Of a stretch of DNA of 64,000 nucleotides, positions 10,567-20,126 are shown piece by piece (position 1 is the first letter of the stretch; every line of letters starts with the position of its first letter). The notes below the pieces were generated by a model. It worked only from the letters and a program-made list of their open reading frames with translations. It was not told the origin of the DNA and did no database searches. This DNA comes from a virus, in IMG/VR virus record IMGVR_UViG_3300035703_000042, positions 1 through 64,000 of that record; one strand, written 5' to 3'. The translations under genes were made by a program, and so were the position numbers.

Positions 10567-11366
10567 GTGGTACTTTCTAAGATTCGCTGGGCTGTGCCAT
10601 CCCGTAGTTCGGAAACATGGAACTGCCCATAAGACAACGATCTCAACCAACGTTGGATCTCGTCTGTGTCAGGCCAAAACGGCGATTCTATCAGGGCAAG
10701 ATCTCGATTGGCCACGGGATCCGCTGCATGGACTGGACTGGATACAAACGCCGGTACTCCGGCCAGCACAGCTTCGATGGCGGCCGTGGAGTTGAAAGTG
10801 ACCAAGGCCCAGGCATCCTTCAACAGCTCTGACAAGGGTTCGGTGATGGTGCGATACTGTCGACTAGGCACACGCTCGCGCACGACAATGGGCCGATCTG
10901 AACTTTGTTTCAGTGCGGCTACAGTGTGATCCACCCACTGCTTGCGATCGATACCATAGACTCGACAAGGCTTGTCATCGGGAACAGCGACGATGATGTG
11001 AGATCCCGACCTACGCTGCTTGGGCACAGCGATTCCAAGGCGACCCAATCGATCACCGGGACGATCGGGAAACTCTCGATGTTGCACATCGTTCTTGACT
11101 ATCCTGTGCCAGAGTTTCCAGCCATTGGGATTGGCTGCGCTGGGCGAATTTCCAAAATAGCCTGAATCCATGTAGTAGAAATCTCGGCCGTCCCGCACAC
11201 ACTGTTCGCGGAGTTTGTGCTTGAGTATGCCACGCATGATGATGGGTGCCGTGCTCTGTGAGTAGTCAAAGTCGAGTGTGCTAGTGGGCGCCTGCCCTGC
11301 GGCCTGTGCCATCATGTTGATGTACTCGTCGCTGCCATCTTTGCTGAGGTACACCCAGGGCATCAT
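10563..11366 (-). CDS. KpsC/KpsS-like glycosyltransferase
   Basis: DSGYF, LVTFNSTAAIEAVLAGVPAF motifs. Confidence 0.6.
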   Translation of the reverse strand: MMPWVYLSKDGSDEYINMMAQAAGQAPTSTLDFDYSQSTAPIIMRGILKHKLREQCVRDGRDFYYMDSGYFGNSPSAANPNGWKLWHRIVKNDVQHREFPDRPGDRLGRLGIAVPKQRRSGSHIIVAVPDDKPCRVYGIDRKQWVDHTVAALKQSSDRPIVVRERVPSRQYRTITEPLSELLKDAWALVTFNSTAAIEAVLAGVPAFVSSPVHAADPVANRDLALIESPFWPDTDEIQRWLRSLSYGQFHVSELRDGTAQRILESTT

Positions 11367-12061
11367 CGAGCTGCCTGGGTGATATCGTGCTGCTGGCAGT
11401 GTTCGGTGAGGATGCGCTCACGGTGCCACACTTCGCTTTGCGGTGTATCGGCATATTCGTGGAAACAGGGTGTGCCCAAGGTGTAGTGCAACAACTTGGC
11501 TTCAGGGTTGGCGCCATACTCATCGGGCAGCCAATTCCATGTAGGCGGAAGTTCACCGATACGATCATCGTCGAGCCAGGAAAATCTATGCAGATATGCA
11601 CCTGTACTTTTTTGTACGAATTCGGGAGTGAGTCGCCGGTTGGGGAAATTACTGCAGTTCCACACTATCACCGAACTCCAGTTTTTCCTGGGGTAGTTTT
11701 CGTTGGGACTGCCCAGATATTTCTCTGACTGTCGAGTCTCGTAGTCGTGCTTGACCACCATGACATCTTTGTCCAATGACATGAGATCATAGAGCTCGAC
11801 GATGTCTCCGCGTACCACCATGTCTCCGTCTATGAAGATGGCCCGGCCGCTCCAGTTCATGAGATAGGGAACCAGGAATCTCGAGTAGATGAAATGGTTG
11901 CTACCGTCAGTATGGGTTTCTTCGTACTCGCCCAGCAAGTTCAGGGCCAAGGGAACGATGGCCACGGGCTGACTGGCATTGCGTATGATCGAGTTCACGC
12001 ACACATGATAGGCGATGGCTTCTCTGGGATCATAGCCCACGAACACAGGTATGGCTTTCAT
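11363..12061 (-). CDS. GT-A glycosyltransferase
   Basis: VFVGYDPRE, SRFLVP, FIDGDM, RKNWSS, LHYTLGTP. Confidence 0.8.
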   Translation of the reverse strand: MKAIPVFVGYDPREAIAYHVCVNSIIRNASQPVAIVPLALNLLGEYEETHTDGSNHFIYSRFLVPYLMNWSGRAIFIDGDMVVRGDIVELYDLMSLDKDVMVVKHDYETRQSEKYLGSPNENYPRKNWSSVIVWNCSNFPNRRLTPEFVQKSTGAYLHRFSWLDDDRIGELPPTWNWLPDEYGANPEAKLLHYTLGTPCFHEYADTPQSEVWHRERILTEHCQQHDITQAAR

Positions 12062-12828
12062 AGCCGTCGTTCGATGTCTTCTTCCACGCAGGCATCGCCG
12101 TACTGTATCTCGATGATCTTCAACGGCCCATCGGTTTCATTTCTCAACTGGTGCCATTGCTCGTAGTCGATGTGCAAATACTGATGGGCTACGTAGTCTC
12201 CTTGATGCTCGGCGTCGGTGCTGGCAACATCCAAAGACCACACCGATGCTGTGCCTTCGCTGACGAACCAAAATTCTTTTCTGTGACGATGGCGCTGCAT
12301 GCTAAGAGCTTGCCCGGGATTGACTGTGAGTTCCTTGACTTTGACACGAGCATTGGGTTCGTGTAGCACGCGATAGTAGCCCCAGACACGTTCGGTCTTG
12401 GGCGCCTTCCATTCTTCCAAGATCCATGAGCTGGAATTCTTTTTGTCATCGCCGCCCACAGCGAATCGGAATTCCAGGTTGCTGTCCTCATAGTCCATCT
12501 CGGGTATGTTTGTCTTGGTGCGATCCCCGCCATTGGCAAAAACGATGCGTGCCTGTGGGTAGCTCTGTCGTACCATCCATATGGCTCGTTTAGCTGTGCC
12601 GTCGTCGTCGTTGAAATCAATGGCATGATCCACACCTTGTATGTTTTTGACTATCTCCAGCCGTTCATGCAAGGGCATGAACGCCCGACCTTTCTTGCGT
12701 GTGAGCCAAGCATCGCTGTTGACACCAACGATGAGTTTATCACCTAGCTTGCGAGCTTCGCGGAAATAGGCGATGTGTCCAGAATGAAGTGGGTCAAACC
12801 CACCAGTGACAAGTACGATGGTTTCCAT
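12058..12828 (-). CDS. cytidylyltransferase (HxGH) fused to mannose-6-phosphate-isomerase-type cupin
   Basis: GGFDPLHSGH, NGGDR, SSS; C-term WG, SMQRH..E.W, H.L.N, IEIQ.G...EEDIER. Confidence 0.85.
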   Translation of the reverse strand: METIVLVTGGFDPLHSGHIAYFREARKLGDKLIVGVNSDAWLTRKKGRAFMPLHERLEIVKNIQGVDHAIDFNDDDGTAKRAIWMVRQSYPQARIVFANGGDRTKTNIPEMDYEDSNLEFRFAVGGDDKKNSSSWILEEWKAPKTERVWGYYRVLHEPNARVKVKELTVNPGQALSMQRHRHRKEFWFVSEGTASVWSLDVASTDAEHQGDYVAHQYLHIDYEQWHQLRNETDGPLKIIEIQYGDACVEEDIERRL

Positions 12829-12868
12829 GAAGATATTTATATACGCACAAAACGGTTAAATATCATTC

Positions 12869-13612
12869 ATGCAAGATTCTACCATGCACTGTGCCTGTGT
12901 GATACACGGCGATGCCTATCCTTGGAGATATGTGGAAAATCTCCATGCCATGATAGCGAAAAATACCACCCGGGAATTTCGCCTGCATGTTTTCACTGAG
13001 GCAGACCGCCCGGTGCCTGCGCACATGATCAAGCACGAGCTCACACCATGGCCTGCGGTACACGGGCCTAAAAAAGCCTGGTGGTACAAGATGCAGATGT
13101 TTGATCCCAAACACTATCGTGGACCGTTGTTGTACTTTGATCTTGACGTAGTGATCACCGGCAACATTGACTGGATTTCAGGACTCGATCAGGACAAGTT
13201 TTGGGCTGTGCATGATTTTCGAAGACTCTGGAGGCCGACCTGGGCCGGCATCAACAGTTCGGTGATGTTCTGGAACACAGGTCGGATGCAGTGGATCTGG
13301 CAGAATTTCCTGGAGAACAGCATCGAATCCACTGTGCGGAGATTCCACGGAGACCAAGATTTCCTGAATTCCCAGCTTTCGGTGTCGATCAAGAGATTTT
13401 TCCCAACCGACCAATTCCTGAGCTGGCGGTGGCAGGTCATGGATGGCGGCATCAATGTCAAGACTCGTGCCTATGCTCAACCGGGATCTGGAGCAGCCAT
13501 AGATCCACGCACCCAAGTGATCGTGTTCCACGGTCAGCCCAAACCACACGAAGTCACCGATCTTGAGATACAACGTCTCTGGAACGCCCAGGTTGACCAG
13601 AAATTGGTATAA
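12869..13612 (+). CDS. GT8-like glycosyltransferase
   Basis: WWYKMQMF, YFDLD, NSSV, GDQD, FHGQPKP. Confidence 0.75.
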   Translation: MQDSTMHCACVIHGDAYPWRYVENLHAMIAKNTTREFRLHVFTEADRPVPAHMIKHELTPWPAVHGPKKAWWYKMQMFDPKHYRGPLLYFDLDVVITGNIDWISGLDQDKFWAVHDFRRLWRPTWAGINSSVMFWNTGRMQWIWQNFLENSIESTVRRFHGDQDFLNSQLSVSIKRFFPTDQFLSWRWQVMDGGINVKTRAYAQPGSGAAIDPRTQVIVFHGQPKPHEVTDLEIQRLWNAQVDQKLV

Positions 13613-13621
13613 TAGTACAAT
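13593..13621 (+). promoter_or_regulatory. sigma70-type early promoter
   Basis: (GG)TTGACC-17nt-TACAAT. Confidence 0.7.
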
Positions 13622-13651
13622 CAAGTCTACAGTGAACTTTGGGAGCGCGAC

Positions 13652-13852
13652 ATGGGCTACACCGTTTTCGATCGTGACGTAAACTACGGGCCACGCAAGG
13701 GATTGGAAGGACCGTTCCACTACCCAAATGGGCAGGTGCTTTACTATGACGCCCGAGTCGGTGAATACTGGGATCCAAGAACCGATTTTTTCGTGGATCG
13801 CGAGGATGTTGCGCGTTTACAACAGCAGATTTTTGATCGCATAAGCGGTTGA
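13652..13852 (+). CDS. small hypothetical early protein
   Basis: GGAG SD; LEGPF..YYD..G.YWDP motif; flanked by two promoters. Confidence 0.75.
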   Translation: MGYTVFDRDVNYGPRKGLEGPFHYPNGQVLYYDARVGEYWDPRTDFFVDREDVARLQQQIFDRISG

Positions 13853-13877
13853 CCAATAATTCACGATCACATATAAT
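13849..13877 (+). promoter_or_regulatory. sigma70-type early promoter
   Basis: (GG)TTGACC-17nt-TATAAT. Confidence 0.8.
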
Positions 13878-13909
13878 AAGAACATACATTAAAACAACAG
13901 GAGCTAGCA

Positions 13910-14932
13910 ATGACCCAAGTGAAATTTCGACGTGGCACCTATCGCAATCACGACGTGACCGGACTCAGCTTCGCATTGGTGCGTGATTTCCAGACTGACG
14001 CCCGTGGCGGCAACGTGGTAGTAAAAAACGATGGTCAGTTTCCGGGATTCGCAGACAATATCCGCATCCGCGTAGACAGCCTACATGACATTGAATTCCA
14101 AGGAGACAGCTCAGTGACATCTTCCAATACTGTAAAGTTCGCACCACAGGTCAAGCAAGAAACCGACGAAGAAGTCATGACCCGTATTGAGCAACGGTTC
14201 TCGATCCTTGACGACATGACCAAAGCAGCCATCGCTGGTGACATCCGTGCCATGATCGTTGTAGGCCCTCCCGGAGTTGGCAAGAGCTACGGTGTTGAGC
14301 ATCAGCTGGAGAAGGCTGGTATGTTTGACCAGATCTCTGGCAAGAAGATCAAGTACCAAGTGATCAAGGGTGCTATGACTCCCATCGGTCTGTACTGTAC
14401 ACTTTACAAGAACTCAGACCCGCGCAATGTCTTGGTGTTTGACGACTGTGACTCGATCCTCTTAGACGATGTGGCATTGAACATCCTCAAGGCTGCCCTG
14501 GACTCGGGTAAGAAGCGCCGCATCCACTGGAACGCTGACTCAGCCATGTTGCGTCGTGAAGGCGTGCCTGATCAGTTCGACTTCAAAGGTTCGGTGATCT
14601 TTATCACGAACTTGAAGTTTGACCATCTCAAGTCTAAAAAACTCCAGGACCATTTGGAAGCCTTGCAAAGCCGCTGTCACTTTCTGGATCTCACCCTGGA
14701 TACCACACGTGACAAGATCCTGCGTATCCGCCAGATCTTCCGCAAAGGTGATCTGTTCCAGGACTATGATTTCACGCCCGAGCAAGGCGAAGAGATCGTA
14801 CAATTCATGCAAGAGAATCATGCTCGCCTGCGTGAGATCAGCCTGCGTATGGCTCTTAAGATTGCCGATCTCACCAAGATTGGTGCCAACTGGAGAGCCC
14901 TGGCCGAAAGCACTTGCATGAAACATGAGTAA
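13910..14932 (+). CDS. AAA+ family P-loop ATPase
   Basis: Walker A GPPGVGKS, Walker B VLVFDDCD, FITN sensor, ALQSR. Confidence 0.85.
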   Translation: MTQVKFRRGTYRNHDVTGLSFALVRDFQTDARGGNVVVKNDGQFPGFADNIRIRVDSLHDIEFQGDSSVTSSNTVKFAPQVKQETDEEVMTRIEQRFSILDDMTKAAIAGDIRAMIVVGPPGVGKSYGVEHQLEKAGMFDQISGKKIKYQVIKGAMTPIGLYCTLYKNSDPRNVLVFDDCDSILLDDVALNILKAALDSGKKRRIHWNADSAMLRREGVPDQFDFKGSVIFITNLKFDHLKSKKLQDHLEALQSRCHFLDLTLDTTRDKILRIRQIFRKGDLFQDYDFTPEQGEEIVQFMQENHARLREISLRMALKIADLTKIGANWRALAESTCMKHE

Positions 14933-14984
14933 ACGTAGTGCCCAAATGATCGACTAAGTCTAGCTCCTAGGTCATTTGGTTTTT

Positions 14985-15015
14985 AGAGGTGCCGTATTAC
15001 GGCACCTCTTTTTTT
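14985..15015 (+). terminator. rho-independent terminator
   Basis: AGAGGTGCCG-tatta-CGGCACCTCT followed by T-run. Confidence 0.85.
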
Positions 15016-15042
15016 GACATGTGTAAATAAATCCTATACACT
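15014..15042 (+). promoter_or_regulatory. sigma70-type promoter, probably leaderless uvsW transcript
   Basis: TTGACA-17nt-TACACT, 6 nt before ATG. Confidence 0.65.
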
Positions 15043-15048
15043 ATATCA

Positions 15049-16509
15049 ATGAAACAAGCCACTCTGATAATACGCGACGAAGTCAATGTCAAAATCGAAG
15101 GTTTGGACCTGGATGCCCGACGGCGTTTGGTAAACCAGTTCAAGTATGAAGTGCCGTATGCGCGATATCTGCCGGCAGTAAGGTTAGGGCGCTGGGACGG
15201 CAAAGTGGCCTACTTCCAGATGGGCGGTAGCACTTATGTGAACCTCTTGCCTGAGATCCTGCCCTTGCTGGAGGAAATGGACTACGACGTTGACCTTGAT
15301 GATCAGCGCGACTATCAGACCTTGTTTGAGTTTGAGCCAGTTACAGAAACCACGTTCGCACACATCCGGTGGCCCGCTGGACATCCGCAGGCTGACACCC
15401 CCATAATGATGCGCGACTACCAGGTAGAGATCATCAACGATTTCCTGGCCAACCCGCAGTGCCTGCAAGAAGTGGCCACCGGGGCAGGCAAGACCATCAT
15501 GACAGCGGCCCTGAGCCACAGCATCGAGCGATATGGTCGCAGCATCGTGATCGTACCCAACAAGAGTCTTGTCACCCAGACCGAACGCGACTATCGCAAT
15601 CTCGGTCTTGATGTGGGCGTGTTTTTTGGCGACAGGAAAGAATGGGGACACCAGCACACCATCTGTACCTGGCAGAGCCTCAATGTGTTGCTCAAGAACA
15701 CCAAATCAGGCACCGCGGACGCCACCATTGGTGAGTTTTTAGAAGGTGTGATCTGCGTGATCGTGGATGAGGTACACATGGCCAAAGCTGATGCCTTGAA
15801 AACCCTGCTCACGGGCGTGATGTCACAAGTGCCGATCCGATGGGGGTTAACCGGAACCGTGCCCAAGGAAAAGTTTGAAAGCCAGGCCCTGCTAGTGAGC
15901 CTAGGGCCGGTAGTGAGCCGTTTGGCAGCGGCTGAACTGCAAGAGCGCGGAGTGTTGGCGCAGTGCCATGTCAACATCGTGCAGCTGGTAGATCACACGG
16001 AATATAACAATTATCAGAGCGAGCTTAAATATCTCTTGGAAGAACCGGGCAGGCTTGACACCATGGCTCGGTTGATCCAAGAAGTGAATCGCACTGGCAA
16101 TACGTTGGTGCTGGTGGATCGTGTGGCTGCAGGGCATGCCCTAGTAGAGCGTTTGGGTGATCGTGCAGTTTTTGTATCCGGGGCCACCAAAGCCGGAGAA
16201 AGGCAGGAACACTATGACTCTGTGGCAGAGGCAACAGATAAAATCATTGTCGCTACTTACGGTATCGCGGCGGTTGGCATCAACATTCCCAGGATTTTCA
16301 ATCTGGTGCTTGTGGAACCTGGCAAGAGTTTTGTTAGAGTTATCCAAAGCATTGGTCGGGGCATCCGCCGAGCCGAAGACAAGGACTATGTACAGATCTG
16401 GGATATCACGAGCACTTGCCGGTTTGCGAAGAGACACTTGACCAAGCGGCGCACCTATTACAAAGAAGCTCGGTATCCGTTTACACAGGAACGACTCGAA
16501 TGGCAATAA
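15049..16509 (+). CDS. uvsW: UvsW-like SF2 DNA helicase
   Basis: RDYQ, ATGAGKT, DEVH, GLTGT, QSIGRGIR. Confidence 0.92.
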   Translation: MKQATLIIRDEVNVKIEGLDLDARRRLVNQFKYEVPYARYLPAVRLGRWDGKVAYFQMGGSTYVNLLPEILPLLEEMDYDVDLDDQRDYQTLFEFEPVTETTFAHIRWPAGHPQADTPIMMRDYQVEIINDFLANPQCLQEVATGAGKTIMTAALSHSIERYGRSIVIVPNKSLVTQTERDYRNLGLDVGVFFGDRKEWGHQHTICTWQSLNVLLKNTKSGTADATIGEFLEGVICVIVDEVHMAKADALKTLLTGVMSQVPIRWGLTGTVPKEKFESQALLVSLGPVVSRLAAAELQERGVLAQCHVNIVQLVDHTEYNNYQSELKYLLEEPGRLDTMARLIQEVNRTGNTLVLVDRVAAGHALVERLGDRAVFVSGATKAGERQEHYDSVAEATDKIIVATYGIAAVGINIPRIFNLVLVEPGKSFVRVIQSIGRGIRRAEDKDYVQIWDITSTCRFAKRHLTKRRTYYKEARYPFTQERLEWQ

Positions 16510-17201
16510 TATTGTCTCGACAAATAAAAAAATATACAAAAAAAAGACTGTTGGTGTGTGGAGACAGTTTTTTTTATGATGCAAAAAAACGATTTCCTGG
16601 ACTGCACTGGTCACAGCGTTTGCCCGACCATATGATAGTGGACAATGCTGCTTATGGTGGTGCCAGCAATACCTGTATCATGGACCAATTCATTGAGCGG
16701 TTTGATGGGCACGATGTTGTGATATTTGGGTTCACACATGCCTGGAGAATAGAGTTCGCCAGGCCACTCAAGTCAGAGCTGGAAAACTACAATGGAAAAT
16801 GGTTGACCAACTGCTATCCATCACGCATGAGCCACCGTCAGACTCAATTCTACGATGATTACTGTGACCTAACAAGTCCTGACGCAGAAATCGTACGACA
16901 ATGTTCGATCATGATCGGTGCAGTAGAAATGGCACGTTCTCTCGCCCGGGTCTACTATAGCCTGGGAGGCGGTGATTGTCTGGCCCAAGACCTCGGCAAC
17001 GACTACCCAACAAGTACCTATGTCAAAAAATTCCGAGATCAGCAAATTCCGTTCAATCTCACACGTTTTTTTGAAAGCGATGATTATCGCGAATATCGCC
17101 ACCTAGATGGCACGGATTCACATCCACCATTCCACATTCATCTGACAGAAATACAACAACGATTCGCGGATCAGGTCCGAGATTTAGTTGACAACCACTA
17201 A
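16500..17201 (+). CDS. SGNH/GDSL-like hypothetical protein
   Basis: VCGDSF, GASN, C-terminal H; start uncertain. Confidence 0.5.
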   Translation: MAIILSRQIKKYTKKRLLVCGDSFFYDAKKRFPGLHWSQRLPDHMIVDNAAYGGASNTCIMDQFIERFDGHDVVIFGFTHAWRIEFARPLKSELENYNGKWLTNCYPSRMSHRQTQFYDDYCDLTSPDAEIVRQCSIMIGAVEMARSLARVYYSLGGGDCLAQDLGNDYPTSTYVKKFRDQQIPFNLTRFFESDDYREYRHLDGTDSHPPFHIHLTEIQQRFADQVRDLVDNH

Positions 17202-17216
17202 CAACTCAGTTATTAT
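17188..17216 (+). promoter_or_regulatory. sigma70-type promoter (leaderless)
   Basis: TTGACA-17nt-TATTAT, 6 nt before ATG 17223. Confidence 0.65.
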
Positions 17217-17222
17217 ACAACG

Positions 17223-17723
17223 ATGAAAATACTGACCTTGGACAATCGTCCTTATGACCTTGATACCCTGCCCGAAGAAGTGGATGACATGCGTTTTGCC
17301 ATCCTTGACAATTCGGACCCCAGCAACCCAGATTATCACTACATCCCTTTGATATTCCTGGAGAGTTTCAACGCACCCGCTCTGGTGCTAAAGATCGGCG
17401 AACGTACCTTGCGCATGCCTGTGGATTGGCAAGTGTTGATCGGCGAACCCGATCTCGGCGATCTTGAAGTGTTGCCATTGACATCTATCAATGACCGCGG
17501 GTTCAAGGTGTTCCAATTCAACCCACTCACCAGTTTCCGTCCCAGCTTTCCCGACATTGAAATCGTTGATGTCTATCACGAAGTCACATGGTATGCACCC
17601 AAGCTCAAGAACGGGCAGTTTCTCGCGGTGCCCATCGAAGACGGCGATCAACCACAGTGTGTGTATTTTGTCAAAGATGTGAGCCGCAACTGCGAGATCG
17701 TAGACTATAACAAGGCCTGGTGA
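17223..17723 (+). CDS. hypothetical phage protein
   Basis: Clean 166 aa ORF with own promoter and typical codon usage. Confidence 0.75.
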   Translation: MKILTLDNRPYDLDTLPEEVDDMRFAILDNSDPSNPDYHYIPLIFLESFNAPALVLKIGERTLRMPVDWQVLIGEPDLGDLEVLPLTSINDRGFKVFQFNPLTSFRPSFPDIEIVDVYHEVTWYAPKLKNGQFLAVPIEDGDQPQCVYFVKDVSRNCEIVDYNKAW

Positions 17724-17729
17724 TTTCGG

Positions 17730-18449
17730 ATGCGATTGGTCGTATGTGGTGACAGCTTTAACGTAGAAGACGATAGATACCCCAACATACATTGGATAGA
17801 TCATCTACGCCGTCTGCGTCCAGACATAGAGATCGTCAATCTTTCACAGCGTGGTGCCAGTAATGGTCTTATCGCACTACAGACATTACAGGCCATCGAG
17901 CTTGATCCAGGATTTGTTGTGATATCATTTTCCGGAATTGAAAGATACGAAGTTGACAATCCTGCTGCCAATCAAGCATTGCCAACCAAGTACAATGTGG
18001 AAAGCATCAAGCAGTGTTCGATAAACTATTTTCAATCCACCAAAACCCTTTCGCACAGTCGGGATACCACCGAGTTTGACATTTATCAACGATGGATAAC
18101 CATGGTGCAGTCCCAGTTCATGAACGACCTGCGAAATCGTCTCATCATGGCATCATGTCTGTTTTCCTTGCTGAGCAAAAACATTGGGTTCTGCTATTCT
18201 CCGGGCAATCTTGGTCAAGTACCCGAAGTAGATCTCAAAATCAAAACTCAAGATTTGATGCTGTCTCTCACAGATTTACAAGCTCATGACCCTTTGTTGG
18301 CGTTTGATGATCACAAATTGGCCACCGATTTTTGGTCGCCTAGTCAGCCACATGGACCAGCGCATTTCCATATCATGGATTCACAATGGCAAGAACATCA
18401 TTGCAAAAACATAATCTCTCATATAAACTTGTGTAACAAACATGGATAA
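17730..18449 (+). CDS. SGNH/GDSL-like hypothetical protein
   Basis: VCGDSF, NLSQRGASN, FH near C-terminus; paralog of 16500. Confidence 0.55.
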   Translation: MRLVVCGDSFNVEDDRYPNIHWIDHLRRLRPDIEIVNLSQRGASNGLIALQTLQAIELDPGFVVISFSGIERYEVDNPAANQALPTKYNVESIKQCSINYFQSTKTLSHSRDTTEFDIYQRWITMVQSQFMNDLRNRLIMASCLFSLLSKNIGFCYSPGNLGQVPEVDLKIKTQDLMLSLTDLQAHDPLLAFDDHKLATDFWSPSQPHGPAHFHIMDSQWQEHHCKNIISHINLCNKHG

Positions 18450-18885
18450 ACTATCGATACAAAATGAGATGCGACAGTTCGATCGCAAAAATCGCGACTT
18501 CTACAATGATCTCACTGACGAAGAACGAAAAAAGTTTTCCACCTATCTCATGATACGTTGGGGATCGGCCGTGGAAGGCAGTGCTGATCTCCAGGAGTTT
18601 TATCTCGTAGCCACCAATGAACGGCTCAACAAGAGATTCTTCGAAATGACGCGCCATCCTGGGCTGCAATGGTTATGCGCTACAACCGTAAGTCCAGACA
18701 TGGGCACACATCGACATCTCTGGATCTCTCCCAAGAAAAAAGACGGCAACAGCAACAGCGAAATCAAAAAGAAGCTGATGAAAATCATGCCCGCGGCCAA
18801 GATCGATGATATCGAGGTACTAAGTCAACTTGTCACTCGCAAAGAGCTAGCTGAATATGCCAGAGAACACGGCGACACGGACTGA
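18442..18885 (+). CDS. putative clamp-loader small subunit (gp62-like)
   Basis: YLMIRW, NE..N, HP.LQW, W..PKK pattern reminiscent of T4 gp62; replication context. Confidence 0.5.
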   Translation: MDKLSIQNEMRQFDRKNRDFYNDLTDEERKKFSTYLMIRWGSAVEGSADLQEFYLVATNERLNKRFFEMTRHPGLQWLCATTVSPDMGTHRHLWISPKKKDGNSNSEIKKKLMKIMPAAKIDDIEVLSQLVTRKELAEYAREHGDTD

Positions 18886-19555
18886 GTTCCAGTGCCGATA
18901 TTGCACTAAATCTTTCCAGCGAGAAACCAGTCTCGCTGTGCATGTTTGTGAACCCAAACGCAGGTACAGCGAGCAAAATGAAGTGGGGGTGCAAATAGGA
19001 CTCAACGCTTATCTGAGATTCTACGAAATCACCCAAGGATCGGCACGTCTTAAAACCTTTGAGGATTTCGCTGCCAGTGCTTATTATCGTGCGTTTGTTA
19101 GATTTGGGCGTTATTGTCAAAGCATACGCGCCGTGAACGTGCCCAGGTTTGTGGACTGGCTGCTCAAGAACAACCGGAAGATAGACCACTGGTGCAGAGA
19201 TACTGTATACACCGAGTATCTCCAAGAGCATGTGCGGGTAGAATCGGCCACAGATGCCTTGAGTCGTGCTCTAGAAGAAGGCATCGCCTGGGGCGAACGC
19301 ACAGGAAACCCGGATCGCGACTTCTTGAGATACGGCAACGACAACGTGATCTGCCAGGCAGTGACTACTGGTCGCGTCACTGCCTGGGTGCTGTATAATT
19401 CCGAATCCGGGCAGGAATTCCTGGCTCGCATCAACAACGAACAAGTGGCCATGATCTGGCCTTGGATCGATTCGGATCATTGGTTCCGTAGATTCCAGGA
19501 CTATGCAGCAGACGCTGAATGGGTGCGAGAAATGACACGACAAGCAGGATGGTGA
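18857..19555 (+). CDS. Zn-finger-containing hypothetical protein
   Basis: N-terminal C-x2-C-x12-H-x-C (CRYC...HVC). Confidence 0.65.
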   Translation: MPENTATRTEFQCRYCTKSFQRETSLAVHVCEPKRRYSEQNEVGVQIGLNAYLRFYEITQGSARLKTFEDFAASAYYRAFVRFGRYCQSIRAVNVPRFVDWLLKNNRKIDHWCRDTVYTEYLQEHVRVESATDALSRALEEGIAWGERTGNPDRDFLRYGNDNVICQAVTTGRVTAWVLYNSESGQEFLARINNEQVAMIWPWIDSDHWFRRFQDYAADAEWVREMTRQAGW

Positions 19556-19556
19556 T

Positions 19557-20126
19557 ATGAGCGCAGACATCGACATCGACTTCGCTGACAGGAACCATGC
19601 TCTATCATTGATACAGCACGTGCCGGCTCGACAAACCCATGACGGTCAATCACGGCGACACAATTCTGGCATTTATGTCACGGACATACCTAGAGATCCT
19701 GTGCGTGGCTGTGCGGCCATCGACTACGATGAAGCCGAACAACGCGGCTATTTCAAGATTGACTTTCTCAACATGTCAGTGTATCAGCTGGTGAGAGATC
19801 CCGAGCACTATCAAGCCATGCTGGATCGGGAACCTCCATGGTCGAGATTGTGGACCGATGCTGCCTGGGCCAGCCAACTGGTGCACGTGGGCAACTATAC
19901 CTCACTGCTGGCCATGATGCGGCCGGATTCTGTGACCAGGATGGCCGCATTCATATCTGTGATACGTCCTGGCAAGGCACACCTACAGAACCAACCCTGG
20001 GATCAGGTCTTTGCATCGGTGTGGGACGGTGATGACAGTCGCGGATACACGTTCAAGCGCAGCCATGCGGTGAGCTATGCAGCTCTAGTGGCCTTGCACA
20101 TGAATTTAATCGATACGGCGGACTAG
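19557..20126 (+). CDS. miniature DNA polymerase III alpha (DnaE)-like catalytic fragment
   Basis: DIDIDF, HNSG, KIDFL, IRPG, F.RSHAVSYA motifs of family C polymerases in 189 aa. Confidence 0.8.
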   Translation: MSADIDIDFADRNHALSLIQHVPARQTHDGQSRRHNSGIYVTDIPRDPVRGCAAIDYDEAEQRGYFKIDFLNMSVYQLVRDPEHYQAMLDREPPWSRLWTDAAWASQLVHVGNYTSLLAMMRPDSVTRMAAFISVIRPGKAHLQNQPWDQVFASVWDGDDSRGYTFKRSHAVSYAALVALHMNLIDTAD

